From: Blepharisma stoltei ATCC 30299
Lineage: Eukaryota > Protista > Ciliophora
DNA length: 64,000 nt
Assembly: GCA_965603825.1 (NCBI GenBank)
Contig: CBFDEM010000036.1
Coordinates: 744,001 to 808,000 of the forward strand
Direction: 5' to 3'
Below the pieces are notes generated by a model, which made no database searches, was not told the origin of the DNA, and saw only the letters and a program-made list of their open reading frames with translations. Below are positions 22,414-33,080 of this stretch, one piece after another; position 1 is the first letter of the stretch, and each line of letters opens with the position of its first letter. Position numbers and translations under genes: made by a program.

Positions 22414-23611
22414 TTATTTACCCAGGGAAACTCTAGTACGAATTTTGTGCCCGTCATGAGAATATTCTGCGTCTTTTGTCCAATAAGTCCCTGGAAACTC
22501 ATAAAAAGTATAGTACTCGGATTGGTCTGGGAAATCATTTTCTCGGTCTGTAATTTCTCCCTCTTCAGCTGTTTCCCCTGTAGTTTTGTCTTCCCAATAT
22601 TGGTTTTCTGATATATCGTCGCTCATTTTTTTATGCTTAACCGGCATCTCTTCTCTACACTCACTCCTATAATAATTCTTAGACCCATGGACTATTTTCT
22701 GTAAATAATTCCCAGGGGTCTGAAATACCGAACTATACGGATGTATACAAATCGTCCCTTCTAGCCTCAATCTCTGGAAATTCTTTATAAGTGTATATGC
22801 ATCTTCGATTGATCTAAGGCTTACAATTGTACATAAAATATTATTTATTCATTTTGCTGGCTCTACATGCAATGCCATGTCTTTTAGCTTTTTCTTCAAG
22901 ACTTCTGAAGAGAAATTTTTCGGCAGTCCCCTTAGAATTACACTGTTTCATTCTAGCTCCGGATTATGAACCAAATAATTCATCCACCTGACTTTCAAAT
23001 TTTCTGAGGACCCTGGGATGCCATTGACGACAGCTCCTAGGACGCCATTTTCTTCATCTTTTGAGAGCTTGGCATATAGCGAATGAGCTAAATATAAGTT
23101 ACCATCATGGCAGTCTTTAATTTTTAAAATAGCAAAATTTTCCATTCTGGCTTCTCCCGGCAATTCTAAAAAGGTCAATTGTGGGTATCTTATACCGTAA
23201 CTCTTGAGAGCGTTTTTGAGATGGGCTTTAGTAAGGTTCCTTTCAATGCTACCAATAGCTAGGTAATAAGGAGAACTTGTCTCAGGTGATTTCTAGGGTT
23301 ATAAATACGGTGAAGGAAATCTGGGTGGAGTCAAATATAGACTCAGCGACTATTCTTGCTGAAGGATACGAATTTTCTATGTCAGATCCTTCATCACTGC
23401 TTGGTGCTTCTATCATGAAATTGTACTTCGGGCCATATGGCCGGTGCGGACTAGAAGTTTGCTTTAATGGTTCTAAATTTGGCATTGAGCCTGAGCATAA
23501 TGTAGGATGCAAATAATTTTTCCTAATATTGTCATAAAGTGCGTATGGGTTTATAGGAGACAAAGTTTCTTGGGCTTGGTCTATGAGGCTGTTGAGAGCT
23601 GATTCTTCCAT
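22414..23611 (-). CDS. hypothetical protein with one or two degenerate RRM-like regions (393 aa, one 16-nt intron)
   Basis: Three track ORFs join through intron 23293-23308 and two TGA. LAIGSIERNLT and VILRGLPKNFS resemble RNP2 strands. Confidence 0.7.
23293..23308 (-). other. 16-nt spliceosomal intron
   Basis: GTATTTATAACCCTAG; removal corrects a 1-nt frame offset. Confidence 0.78.
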
Positions 23612-23774
23612 TTTATAATTACAAACCGTTTTGATTTTTGTGTGGATTGAAACATAAAAAACTATATCTTACTAAAACTGATATGAAATATATATGATTC
23701 TAATAAAATATAATTTTTAATAATCTATTGATAAGTTTTTGACAAGTTCGCATACTCAATATGAATTATAAATA

Positions 23775-24137
23775 ATGAAGCATGATACTATAAGAAGCCA
23801 ATCTGCATTTTTCCAGCCTAGCAAAGACAAGATCCAAAAGCTCTCCAATGTTCCCCTCAAAATGTGCAACTTGAAGCTTAATGACAATTTATCGCTTCCA
23901 TATATCGTGAAAAACAAAATAAACAAAATTCAATATCGAACATATCCCAAAAGAAAAATCCTTGACACTCAGCTCTGAAAAGCTCGAATTACTGAAAGCG
24001 GAATTCAGCAAAAAATCGACATGCAGAGATCGATAAGTTTAAAAGACATCTTAAAGCTGAACTCCAAGCCAAATTTAGAACTAATCAAAAGGACTGAATA
24101 TGTGTGTAAAAGCCCAAGGTGGTCAACTTCGCTATAG
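23775..24137 (+). CDS. small basic hypothetical protein (about 120 aa; 3' end uncertain)
   Basis: ATG in an AT-rich context; TGA 23976 read through to TAG 24135-24137. Confidence 0.5.
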
Positions 24138-24408
24138 AAACAAATAAGAAGTGTATGAATTAATAATCAAATCGGTTAATTAATTAAAATTTTGAGAAAA
24201 AATTTGAACGAAGTAACCTCTGTCAGAATTCGAAAATGGGTTGGGAAAGTAAGATAAAAATCAGTGACAGTGGGGACTGTAGAAGTGAGAAGCAAATAAA
24301 GATAAAATAGATAAGTGAATAAAAAAAATTATTTTGAGATCAAAGCAGAACTTTTATTTCTGATCTTGGCGGTAGAAAATTGAATATGATAATAAAAATA
24401 TCAAAGAT

Positions 24409-25879
24409 ATGATACGGAGATTTATCAATTTAAATATGAAGCGGAAAAGATCTCCTACACAGACTAAGCTAAATTTCCAAGTAGCTAATAAGTACAAAAC
24501 CTGTCCAGAGTGTGATAAAGAAATGTATTATAAACTTTTAGATTTTCATATAGGCTCCTCTGATTGTATCAAAAATATAAATTCTATAGCAAACACTCAA
24601 AAAAAAGCACCAATTATTACTCAATCTCCACTCCCAAGCACTCGCACTATGCAAAGATCATTCATTTCTCCTCCACCAACTATAAATGCTTACGATGTCC
24701 TTATGAATACTCCTCAGACCAAAATTATCCAAAATTTTCATTTAACCTTTTTAGGAGAATCTGGAGGCAGAAAGCAGTGGGATTTTGCTATTGATAATAA
24801 AGAAATTGGAGATTTCATATCAAGGAAGCATTTTTTAAAAGAGTCGTCAAAAGATCCATGCCAAATAATTTTGACTGCATCTACCTCACATTCTTCAAGA
24901 AATCCTTTATCATTTTATGATTTTATTAGGCTACAAGGATTTTCTCCAGGTATTTTGAAATCATGCTTACAAAAAAGTATCAGACAAGGAATAAGGAATA
25001 AAGCCATAAGGCTTGCTTTGCAGATGGCGGTAAACTGTGGGTAAACAATATTTAGCTTAAAAGAACTGTGCAGAAGGTTATGTGTAATAGTGCTTGAAGA
25101 TTGTTTTTTGCACCCTGATTATCCATTGCTTGCATGGTGTATGGTAGCTGGTGATGAGTATCAATACTCCCAAGAAATTCTTGATAGTGTGATTCAAATT
25201 GTAGCTGATGTCTCTACTCTAAATTATAGAGATGTGCTATATATAGAGAGTAGCAGCTCTCTTTTTAAGCAATGGAGCACATCTAATGAGATTGTAAAAG
25301 CTATGTTAATCAGAGCTTATTATAAAGGCATGAAAGGAGATATAGAAATGCTATCAGTATTTTATAGGTAGAAGTACTCAGCACAATGAATGGAAAGGTT
25401 TAGAGCTGATAGTGAATGAATGGATTTCATAAGAAAAGTTCATTATAAATTGCCAGTATGAACACTAGAAGAGATCAGAGGAGGCTTAAGGGTTGAGGAC
25501 GTGCCTTTGCAAGGGATTGATTTTAATTGCTCAAATATGGTAAGATTAGATATAGCTTGATATTTTATTGCAGGATGATATTTTTATGTTTCAGCTTGAA
25601 GAAGCCTTAAATAGGCCAAGAAAAACGATAAAAGAGTATCTTTGTGAAACAATATGGACACAAAGAGGAGGAGTTAATTATAGAAAATATATAACTGACT
25701 ATCCTTCAACGTTGACAGTCAACTTGCAAGCTCCTGAAAATAATTTTGAGCCTGACCCAGTTTTTGTAAAACTTGTTTTGCCTAGACTTAATGAGCTTTC
25801 ATACAAAGAGATTGTAAGAAAATTCAAAATTTCTCAAAAAGCAATGAAAAATAAAATTCAGGGAAATAAAGAAAATTAA
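24409..25879 (+). CDS. UBZ4-like zinc finger + RarA/MgsA-C-terminal-like helical domain protein (about 474 aa, 3 introns)
   Basis: CPEC..HIGSSDC; LKSCLQKSIR..LCRRLCVIVLED..HP; GMKGD; IDFNC. Introns at 25041-25055, 25357-25371 and 25540-25555 plus TGA readthrough give one frame. Confidence 0.8.
25041..25055 (+). other. 15-nt spliceosomal intron
   Basis: GTAAACAATATTTAG; contains an in-frame TAA; A at position 10. Confidence 0.85.
25357..25371 (+). other. 15-nt spliceosomal intron
   Basis: GTATTTTATAGGTAG; contains an in-frame TAG; A at position 10. Confidence 0.8.
25540..25555 (+). other. 16-nt spliceosomal intron
   Basis: GTAAGATTAGATATAG; removal restores the frame into ORF 25568. Confidence 0.8.
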
Positions 25880-26069
25880 TAAATTTTGAATGAGTTAAAT
25901 AAATATAAGTGAATCCAAATTATTAAAGAAAACATCAAGCTAATTTATAGACTGCTTCTATTTTATAGCATCATTCCACATGTGAAAATTTTATTCAGCA
26001 TGCTTATATTTGATTGATTCCACATATAGAGCGTGACTCTAAAAGCATAGCAGATAAAATATTCTAATA

Positions 26070-26420
26070 ATGTTATTTAGTAGAAATCCAAGATTTAGAA
26101 CCCTTTCCAAAATTTATGGATTCTTCATAATCATTGGATCTGGCACAACTCATTGGTTCAAGGACAACTCAAATTCACTAGCAAGCCAAGCTAAGTATCA
26201 GTACAAATTATGGACTGAAAATAATTCTATTTTGCATCAATGAATGAAAGCTTATCAATCACCTCCGCGCTCATTTATTAAGACAGCATCTCCAGACCTT
26301 CTAAAAGCACAAGAAGCTTCTAGACAGAAATATATCAACAAACATCATTTAATAGATGAAGAAGAGTTTACAAGGATGAAACTATGGAACTCATTTTGAA
26401 AATATGATACTAAAAACTAG
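26070..26420 (+). CDS. small putative mitochondrial membrane protein (116 aa), absent from ORF track
   Basis: MLFSRNPRFRTLSKIYGFFIIIGSGTTHW...KLWNSF(W)KYDTKN-TAG; 117 open codons with two TGA; basic N-terminus followed by a hydrophobic stretch. Confidence 0.7.
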
Positions 26421-26443
26421 CAGAAATAGCAATAATATTTAAT

Positions 26444-27046
26444 TTATCTATTTTTTTGCAGCTCATGTGTAAGATGCTTCTTTACAACTGGCCATTCATT
26501 AGCAATTATACTATACACATATGTATCTCTTAACACTCCATCTGCCATAATCATATGATTCCTTAAAATCCCATCCAATTTCGCTCCCAATCTTTCGATA
26601 CCATTTCTACTTTTACGATTAAATCTGTGAGTTCTGAATTCTACTGCTATACAATTAAGGTCTTCAAAGGCATGAGTTAGCAGCATTAACTTGCACTCAG
26701 TGTTTAATGCAGTTCTTTGGACTGATTTTCTATACCATGTTGAACCTATTTCCACCCTTTTATTTTGGCTATCAATATTCATATAAGTAGTCATGCCAAC
26801 TGCTTTGTTTGTAGCTTTATCTATAACACTAAAAGGAATCATTGAGCCTTTCACTTGCAAATCTAAACGTCTATTGATTTCTGCTTCGAGATTTTCAGGC
26901 TTAGGTATTCATGTGTACCAGAGCTTCCATAATTCACCATCATTGAGAGAGTCAATGAATTCTTGATTTCTTAAATGTGAGAGTGGCTCTAGTACTGCAT
27001 AGGATCCTTGAAGCAATATCGGTTTAATTCAGGCATGTAGAGCCAT
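26444..27046 (-). CDS. RimJ/RimL-family GNAT N-acetyltransferase, bacterial type (200 aa)
   Basis: ATG 27046 reached through TGA at 27029 and 26909. DGELWKLWYT..EINRRL, VGMTTYMNID..RVEIGSTWY..QRTALNTECKL, IERLGAKLDGILRNH, RDT.VYSI...EWP. Confidence 0.9.
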
Positions 27047-27064
27047 TTTTATAACTTTATTAGT

Positions 27065-28219
27065 ATGCAAGCAAGATTAACTGAGAGTCAGCGGCCAGTT
27101 CTTATCCCAACTGAAGTGGTTTTGCGTGAGCAAGCTAATGTAGAAGTGTTGCCTAATAAAGACAAAGCTATTGGTACTTTTACTTTATATGTGACTTCTC
27201 ATAGGCTGATTTTTGTTGACGGGGCAAATGGATTTTACGTACCTTTTCATTATTATCATTCCCATAAAACATCAGGAGGGCTTTTGAGATCCAGCAGAAT
27301 TGAGCTAACAATCACCAATCAAGGAACTTTGCCTCAGTTTGTAGTAGAGCTTGCAAGAATGGAAGAAAGGCCACCTCCAGTTGCCCCACATCTTCCTGGC
27401 TCATATTTATTTAAATTTAGGGCTGAAGGACGTGATGCTACAGTTGAGCAAATAGAAGTCGCACTAAGGCAGCAGGCGTGGGTTAAATCAATTATGCCTG
27501 TACATAAAGAAAAAAAGCCTAAAGAAACATCAGGATATGGGGTAGGGTCAATTAAGAAAAACATAAAAGAAGATGCAAAACAGACAGATACCACACTTTC
27601 AGCAGGGTTTAGAGATCTACGAAGCTTATTTGACAATTCAAGAGAGCTCGCTGAATTGGCTGGAAAATTAAAGCAAGTTGATGAGTCTAAAGACCCAGAG
27701 CTTATTGAAATAAAAAATACAATGGCAAGCTTAGGCTTTACATCAGGGGTAACAAAAGAGAGCTCTGGAAATAATTTCCATGTACAGCTTGCGAGAGAAA
27801 TTTGTGACTATATCAGACCACATCTAGAAGAAAATGGAGGAGTCTTACCAATGCTTGATGCGTATTGTATGTATAACAGGGCAAGAGGAGGGGATTTGAT
27901 ATCGCCAAATGACATGAAAAGAGCTTGCGATTTAATGGAAGGACTTAGGCTGCCAATTCAAGTGAAAAGTTTACCTTCTGGAGTTATTATTATGCAATTA
28001 GGGGGAGAATCTGTTGAAAGACTTATATCACTCACAGTTGAGAAGGTTAATAGCAAAGAGCATCTTTCAGCAAAAGAGCTAGGGGAAGAATTAGGAATTA
28101 ATGCTTTAATTGCTAAGCAATGCTTAGTTGAAGCAGAATCGCGAGGAATTTTATGTAGAGATCAGGGAATCCAGGGCTTGCATTTTTATTTGAATATTTT
28201 GCCAAAGATTTCCACATAA
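27065..28219 (+). CDS. VPS36: ESCRT-II subunit Vps36/EAP45
   Basis: GLUE domain (LYVTSHRLIF), GFRDLRSL, AYCMYNRARGGDLISPND, winged-helix end LCRD...GLHFY.N. Confidence 0.92.
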   Translation: MQARLTESQRPVLIPTEVVLREQANVEVLPNKDKAIGTFTLYVTSHRLIFVDGANGFYVPFHYYHSHKTSGGLLRSSRIELTITNQGTLPQFVVELARMEERPPPVAPHLPGSYLFKFRAEGRDATVEQIEVALRQQAWVKSIMPVHKEKKPKETSGYGVGSIKKNIKEDAKQTDTTLSAGFRDLRSLFDNSRELAELAGKLKQVDESKDPELIEIKNTMASLGFTSGVTKESSGNNFHVQLAREICDYIRPHLEENGGVLPMLDAYCMYNRARGGDLISPNDMKRACDLMEGLRLPIQVKSLPSGVIIMQLGGESVERLISLTVEKVNSKEHLSAKELGEELGINALIAKQCLVEAESRGILCRDQGIQGLHFYLNILPKIST

Positions 28220-28539
28220 ATGAAATTAAATAAAATACAAGTATGATTATTACTGATTTAAGATAAATAAAATCATAATCTTATAAATATTATGGCAGTC
28301 CATTATGACTCAATGATTTATATGAATCTTATAATTATTTTCACCAATTTATGATGATATAATACGACTTTTTTCTGTTATTATAAAGCTAATTTAATCA
28401 TCTTCAAAAAATTATCATAATATTTGCTTATATTGATATCAAAATAATGCTATTACTCTAAACAATCTCTCCTTTTCTTTTTTGTTGAATTTGCTATATT
28501 TCTGATTTTCTAAAATATCATAATATTCTGTACAAATTC

Positions 28540-30303
28540 ATGTCAAATCACTATGTAGATTGGCGCTACCGTTATGAGAAACTCTACCAAGAATTCCTTC
28601 AACTGCAGAAAGAGCATGCAAAGTTAAAGAAGCTTTATGAACAATCTGTTGAAGGGAGTGTCCAAGATATAAATCTTATTAATAGACTAAGCGCTGAAAA
28701 TGAAGAGTTAAAGATAAAACTTTCCCAATATCAGTCTCCAGCTCCAACTGTTGAAACTCTGGAACGATCTCCCAAGAAAACTTTGCAATGCTCAGTTAGC
28801 TCTGATTCATATATTCTTTTTACCCCAAGGCGTTCCCATCTAAATGCTCCTAGCAATTTTGATTTTGATGCTATCCATCAGAAGCCCTGCCAATCTACAG
28901 GAAAAACTCTTCAACCATTTCCTGATAATAGCGTATCTTCTTTTTTTATGCGCAATCCCAAAATGTTTATATCTTTCCTGATTTTGGGAGTGCCAAGAGA
29001 AAAATTAGGAAGAGTTGATCGATATAAACCTGAAATTCTCTATGAGTTTCCTAAAGAAAATTATAATATATCTGATGAAGTCAAACGTATGATACTAAAC
29101 TGCTGCTTTTATTCAGAAGAAGAACCACAGCCTGTTAATCTTACAGGCTCTGGGTCTGATATGAACTCATTATTATATGGACAAGTTTTCCAGAAGCGAG
29201 GAAAGCACTGTTTTACTTTCACTTTAAGATCAGACCAGCCAAGAGAACCCTTGACAGATTTGCCAAATTCTAATAAAGAGCTTTATTATGTTTTTTGTAT
29301 GAAAATCGATGATGTGACACCACAAGAGGATGGGCAGGATGAATGAAAAAATACCAAAATATATTGTTTTATTACCTATATCCCCTTATTTGAGCTTCAC
29401 TATGAAGTTTTATCTAATATGCTTCTACTAAAACGATTATTTAGAATAGAGCAATTAGTAAATAATGAAAAAACTTTGCATTTAATAGGAGAAGAAGTTA
29501 TTACTCCAGGGGAAATCAAAGTATTAGAAAATTATTCAGAAATTGAGAATATTGGACCGATGCTGAATATTGAAATTGATATGGACAGGCTAGATCCTCT
29601 ACGATATAAATGTCCAGACGATCTCAGTGTTATTGATGTCCCTTGACTTTGTGCTCCTTTATTTTCGAAGCTTAGCTTTAATGATTTCTTCTGGGTGCTG
29701 TCTGCGATAGCTCAAGAAAAATCAATTATTTTTGTTTCAGGAAATTTAGGACTTTTAACATCATGCGTTTTAGCTTTGCAAGTATTGCTAAGACCATTCA
29801 GGTGACCCAATTTAATGATCCCAATTCTCCCTAATTGTTTAATCGACGTATTAGACGCCCCAGTCCCACTTTTAGCTGGCCTCCCAAAACCCCCTAAAAC
29901 CCGTGGAGATTTAATTTGGATTTATCTTGACGAAACAAACCTATCTTCACGCATAAAAGGAAGAACATCCATTATCCAAGAAGTAAAAGTTCCTGAAGCT
30001 ACCCAGCTGAAATTAAGAATAAAAAACACTTATTTATCTCTAAATTCCAAAGAAATTTGTTTTACGCCTACCCTTGAACAAAAACTTGCATGCATTGAAA
30101 TCGCTGAGTCTATCAAAGATTACTGGCTCCAAATTATAGACATCACCAAGATGTTCAATCTTAAAGATATGAAAAAGCTCGTTTGGCAAATCCACAAAAG
30201 ATTCCCTGAAGGCGACCATGATTTTCTTACAAAAATGCTGCAGACTCAATTGTTCAATAATTTAGACGATGAGATTTTGCATGTTTCGACCTGTAATGAC
30301 TAG
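28540..30303 (+). CDS. DENN-domain Rab GEF with N-terminal coiled coil (587 aa)
   Basis: QEKSIIFVS, LLRPFR(W)PNLMIPILP, LDAPVPLLAGL; TGA at 29344, 29644 and 29803. Confidence 0.87.
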
Positions 30304-30348
30304 TTGCATAATTAAATAAGTTTTATTAATTGTTAATAATCAAAAAAA

Positions 30349-31401
30349 ATGATTATTTTAGGGATCACAGGGACATTATGCTCTGGTAAGCGAACTGCGG
30401 CTGAATATCTTCAAATGTGCTATGGATTTAAGCTACTGGACTTAGAAAGCGACAGATGGGATAAGCTGGCAAATCATTCAAGTAATTTTCAATTAGAGGA
30501 TGATTATGACAGTGAAGAAATCTATAGAGAAGCTAACGCGAAATTTGCCTTGAAGACTACAGATGAAAATATAGCTGTGAATTATGTGGTGTATCCGATA
30601 ACTCTTCCAGAAGAATTAAATATCTTCCGCGCAAAAACGAATTTTATCTTGCTAGGAATCGATGCACCTGCATTAAAACGATTTGGATTTTACAATGTAA
30701 AATACATTAAAAGAAAATCTCCGTTAGCTGCATTTTTAGAAGTTGATGATAAAGTAATAACTATATAGATCAGCTATGGACTCAATGGATACCCAGCTTA
30801 CGTTTATGAATGCTTATACTCAGCTGATAAAATCATTCTAAATAGGGGCGACAAAGACGAGTTATATAATGAAATTCGAGCGCTAGACATATTGAACCCT
30901 GAACACCTCAGGCCATCCTGGGACACTTATTTCATGAGACTAGCCGAAATGGCGGCCACCCGAACGAACTGTATGAAAGGAGGCACAGGCGCGATAATAG
31001 TCAAAGAAAACAGAATTATTTCAACTGGATATAATGGGACACCAACTGGAATCCCCAACTGCTACGAAGGAGGATGCGAAAAATGCAATTCAGATATAGA
31101 AACTCCTGAAAACCAAGAAGACTGCATGTGCGCGCATTCTGAGCTAAATGCTGTACTGCTAGCAGGGAATGGATCATGCAAAGGTGCAACTATTTATTCT
31201 ACTGTTTTCCCATGCCTGCTGTGCACAAAAGCTATAATTCAGTCAGGCATCACAAGGCTGGTATATGGAGAAGAGATGGCGAATTTTGAATTAAGCCAAC
31301 AGTTCTGTGCACATGTAGGAATTGACGTGGAAAAGCATTCACCTGTGGTTCCAGCCCCTATTAGTAGTGCCCAAATGGGTAATGGGTCTCAGATGTTTTA
31401 A
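30349..31401 (+). CDS. DCTD: dCMP deaminase with N-terminal P-loop kinase-like domain (345 aa, one intron)
   Basis: GITGTLCSGK; RPSWDTYFM, STGYNGTP, HSE.NA, PCLLC zinc motif; intron 30754-30768. Confidence 0.9.
30754..30768 (+). other. 15-nt spliceosomal intron
   Basis: GTAATAACTATATAG; contains an in-frame TAG; A at position 10. Confidence 0.87.
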
Positions 31402-31452
31402 GTTAACAAGTTAATTAGAATCTGTAAAATTTCGAGATTAGCATAAATTAGC

Positions 31453-32011
31453 CTAAATTTTTATATATTCAGATAAAATGTTGGGATTTGTATTGCCGAA
31501 GTCTACTTTTGGATCTGAAGGAGCTTTAGTTTCACCTCTGCGGTAAAGATAATAGCCATAGCCAAACTGAACAAAAGCTGTAGTAAAGAGCATTGGGAAA
31601 TAAAATCCACCAGCAGAAGATGTCGCGATTCCAAGGAGAATGTTTTCTATTAAGCTTTGTGCAGAAGCTCCAATGCTGACAACGAGAGCCATTCTAAGTA
31701 AAAATTACTCTGGCCTGTGATAGTGGAAAAGCAGCTTATTTGATATGCAAAATGTGGTAAGATGAAGTAGCATCATAAGTATGATTGAAAGCTCAAGAAT
31801 ATTGCTGTAATTCTCCATTCCGGTTAAAGCAACAGTAATGCCGATTGCTGAAAATATATGAGCAATGATTCATATGATAGGGACTATTACATTGTGAGGA
31901 GTTTTTAAGCTGCATAAAAATTTACAATATCCAGTTGTAATGCTCTATATTAAAACCTAGAAATATAGCATGGACCGCAAGCCAAACTAGCAATACTTCA
32001 ACAAAATTCAT
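31453..32011 (-). CDS. small multi-pass membrane protein, weakly TspO/MBR-like (175 aa, 2 introns)
   Basis: ATG 32011 with introns 31910-31925 and 31694-31708. About five hydrophobic segments; NWIFLKTPHNVIVPII(W)II resembles TSPO WY..L.KP..P..VF..VW. Confidence 0.65.
31694..31708 (-). other. 15-nt spliceosomal intron
   Basis: GTAATTTTTACTTAG; contains an in-frame TAA; A at position 10. Confidence 0.8.
31910..31925 (-). other. 16-nt spliceosomal intron
   Basis: GTAAATTTTTATGCAG; removal restores the frame; A at -6. Confidence 0.75.
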
Positions 32012-32250
32012 TTTTATTTTTATTAATTTTCTAGCTGTTGATAAGAAATAGCTCACATTATTAATGAAATTATTGATTTGATTAAAATTTAATACTTTTA
32101 TCTCGAAAATATCTCCTATAAATACATAAAATTATTATAATCATGTTTTCTGATCAATTAAAAAGCTGATATATTAAATTATCTTTAAATTGCTGATTCC
32201 TTACCTAAAGGATTATCTGACAGTCTTTATTTACCTATATATAAACTAAA

Positions 32251-33036
32251 ATGGCGCAATGGAAAAAGCTTAAGACAGTTCTCCAATTTTCCTCCGCGAA
32301 AAAGAAGCCAAAAAAAAATCAGCCAGAAAGTGGTGCTAGAATTTACATATCTGGGATTTTTGACATGATTACCTTAGACCATTTGGAGCAATTTAAAACC
32401 TGCAAGAAATTTGTTGAAAATGCCTATTTGATCGTTGGAGTGATTGGTGACACAAATTTACCTACTCCATGTATAATGAATGAACAAGAGCGTAGCAGCT
32501 CAATAAAGCAAGTCAAATGAGTTGACGAAGTTATATGCCCATGCCCTGATGTATTAAATCTTCAAGTTTTGCAAGAATTAAAGATCGATTATGTGGCTGC
32601 AGATGAAAAAGAATTATCAGACCCTAAATATGAAGCACTAAATAATTCAGGGAAATTAATAAAAATCACAACGATTCCGCTTTTGCCATCTAATGAAATT
32701 ATTGCAAGAATTGTGGAAAATAGAGATGAGCTGGTAAAGGCATTTCTTGATAAAGGATTTTCTAGGCATGAACTGGGAGTCGGGCTTGTTGATGAATACA
32801 CTATTAAATCAAAATACAAAATAAAGGCTCTCCAGCACAAATTCGAAAGATTTTTGAGTGCCGTTTCAATTGAAGTTGACCAGATCAAAAAGGCACATTA
32901 CAAGAAAAAACTAGGACTGCTTTTAAAAAGAAAAAGCAAAGAATTCACCCAGAAATTTGTGGATGCATTTGAAGAAACATCAGAAAATTTTGAAGCAGTT
33001 CTAAGAAAATTTTTCGAATTCAAAACCGAAAATTAA
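32251..33036 (+). CDS. choline-phosphate cytidylyltransferase (CCT/PCYT1)-like, degenerate HxGH (261 aa)
   Basis: RIYISGIFD, YLIVGV, MNEQER, VK(W)VDEVI.PCP (TGA 32518), IDYVA, IIARIV..KGFSRHELGV. Confidence 0.82.
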
Positions 33037-33080
33037 GTGCTTTAAATAGGCTAATTAATTTATTTTTAGAAATTCGTTAT

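Noticed and set aside
24138-24408. Possible extra exon or small - strand ORF after the 23775 gene
   Set aside because: No intron or ATG combination gave a convincing frame; left unresolved.
30349-30753. P-loop domain on dCMP deaminase as a novel fusion
   Set aside because: An N-terminal P-loop-like domain on dCMP deaminase is already familiar from fungal, protist and some prokaryotic homologs.
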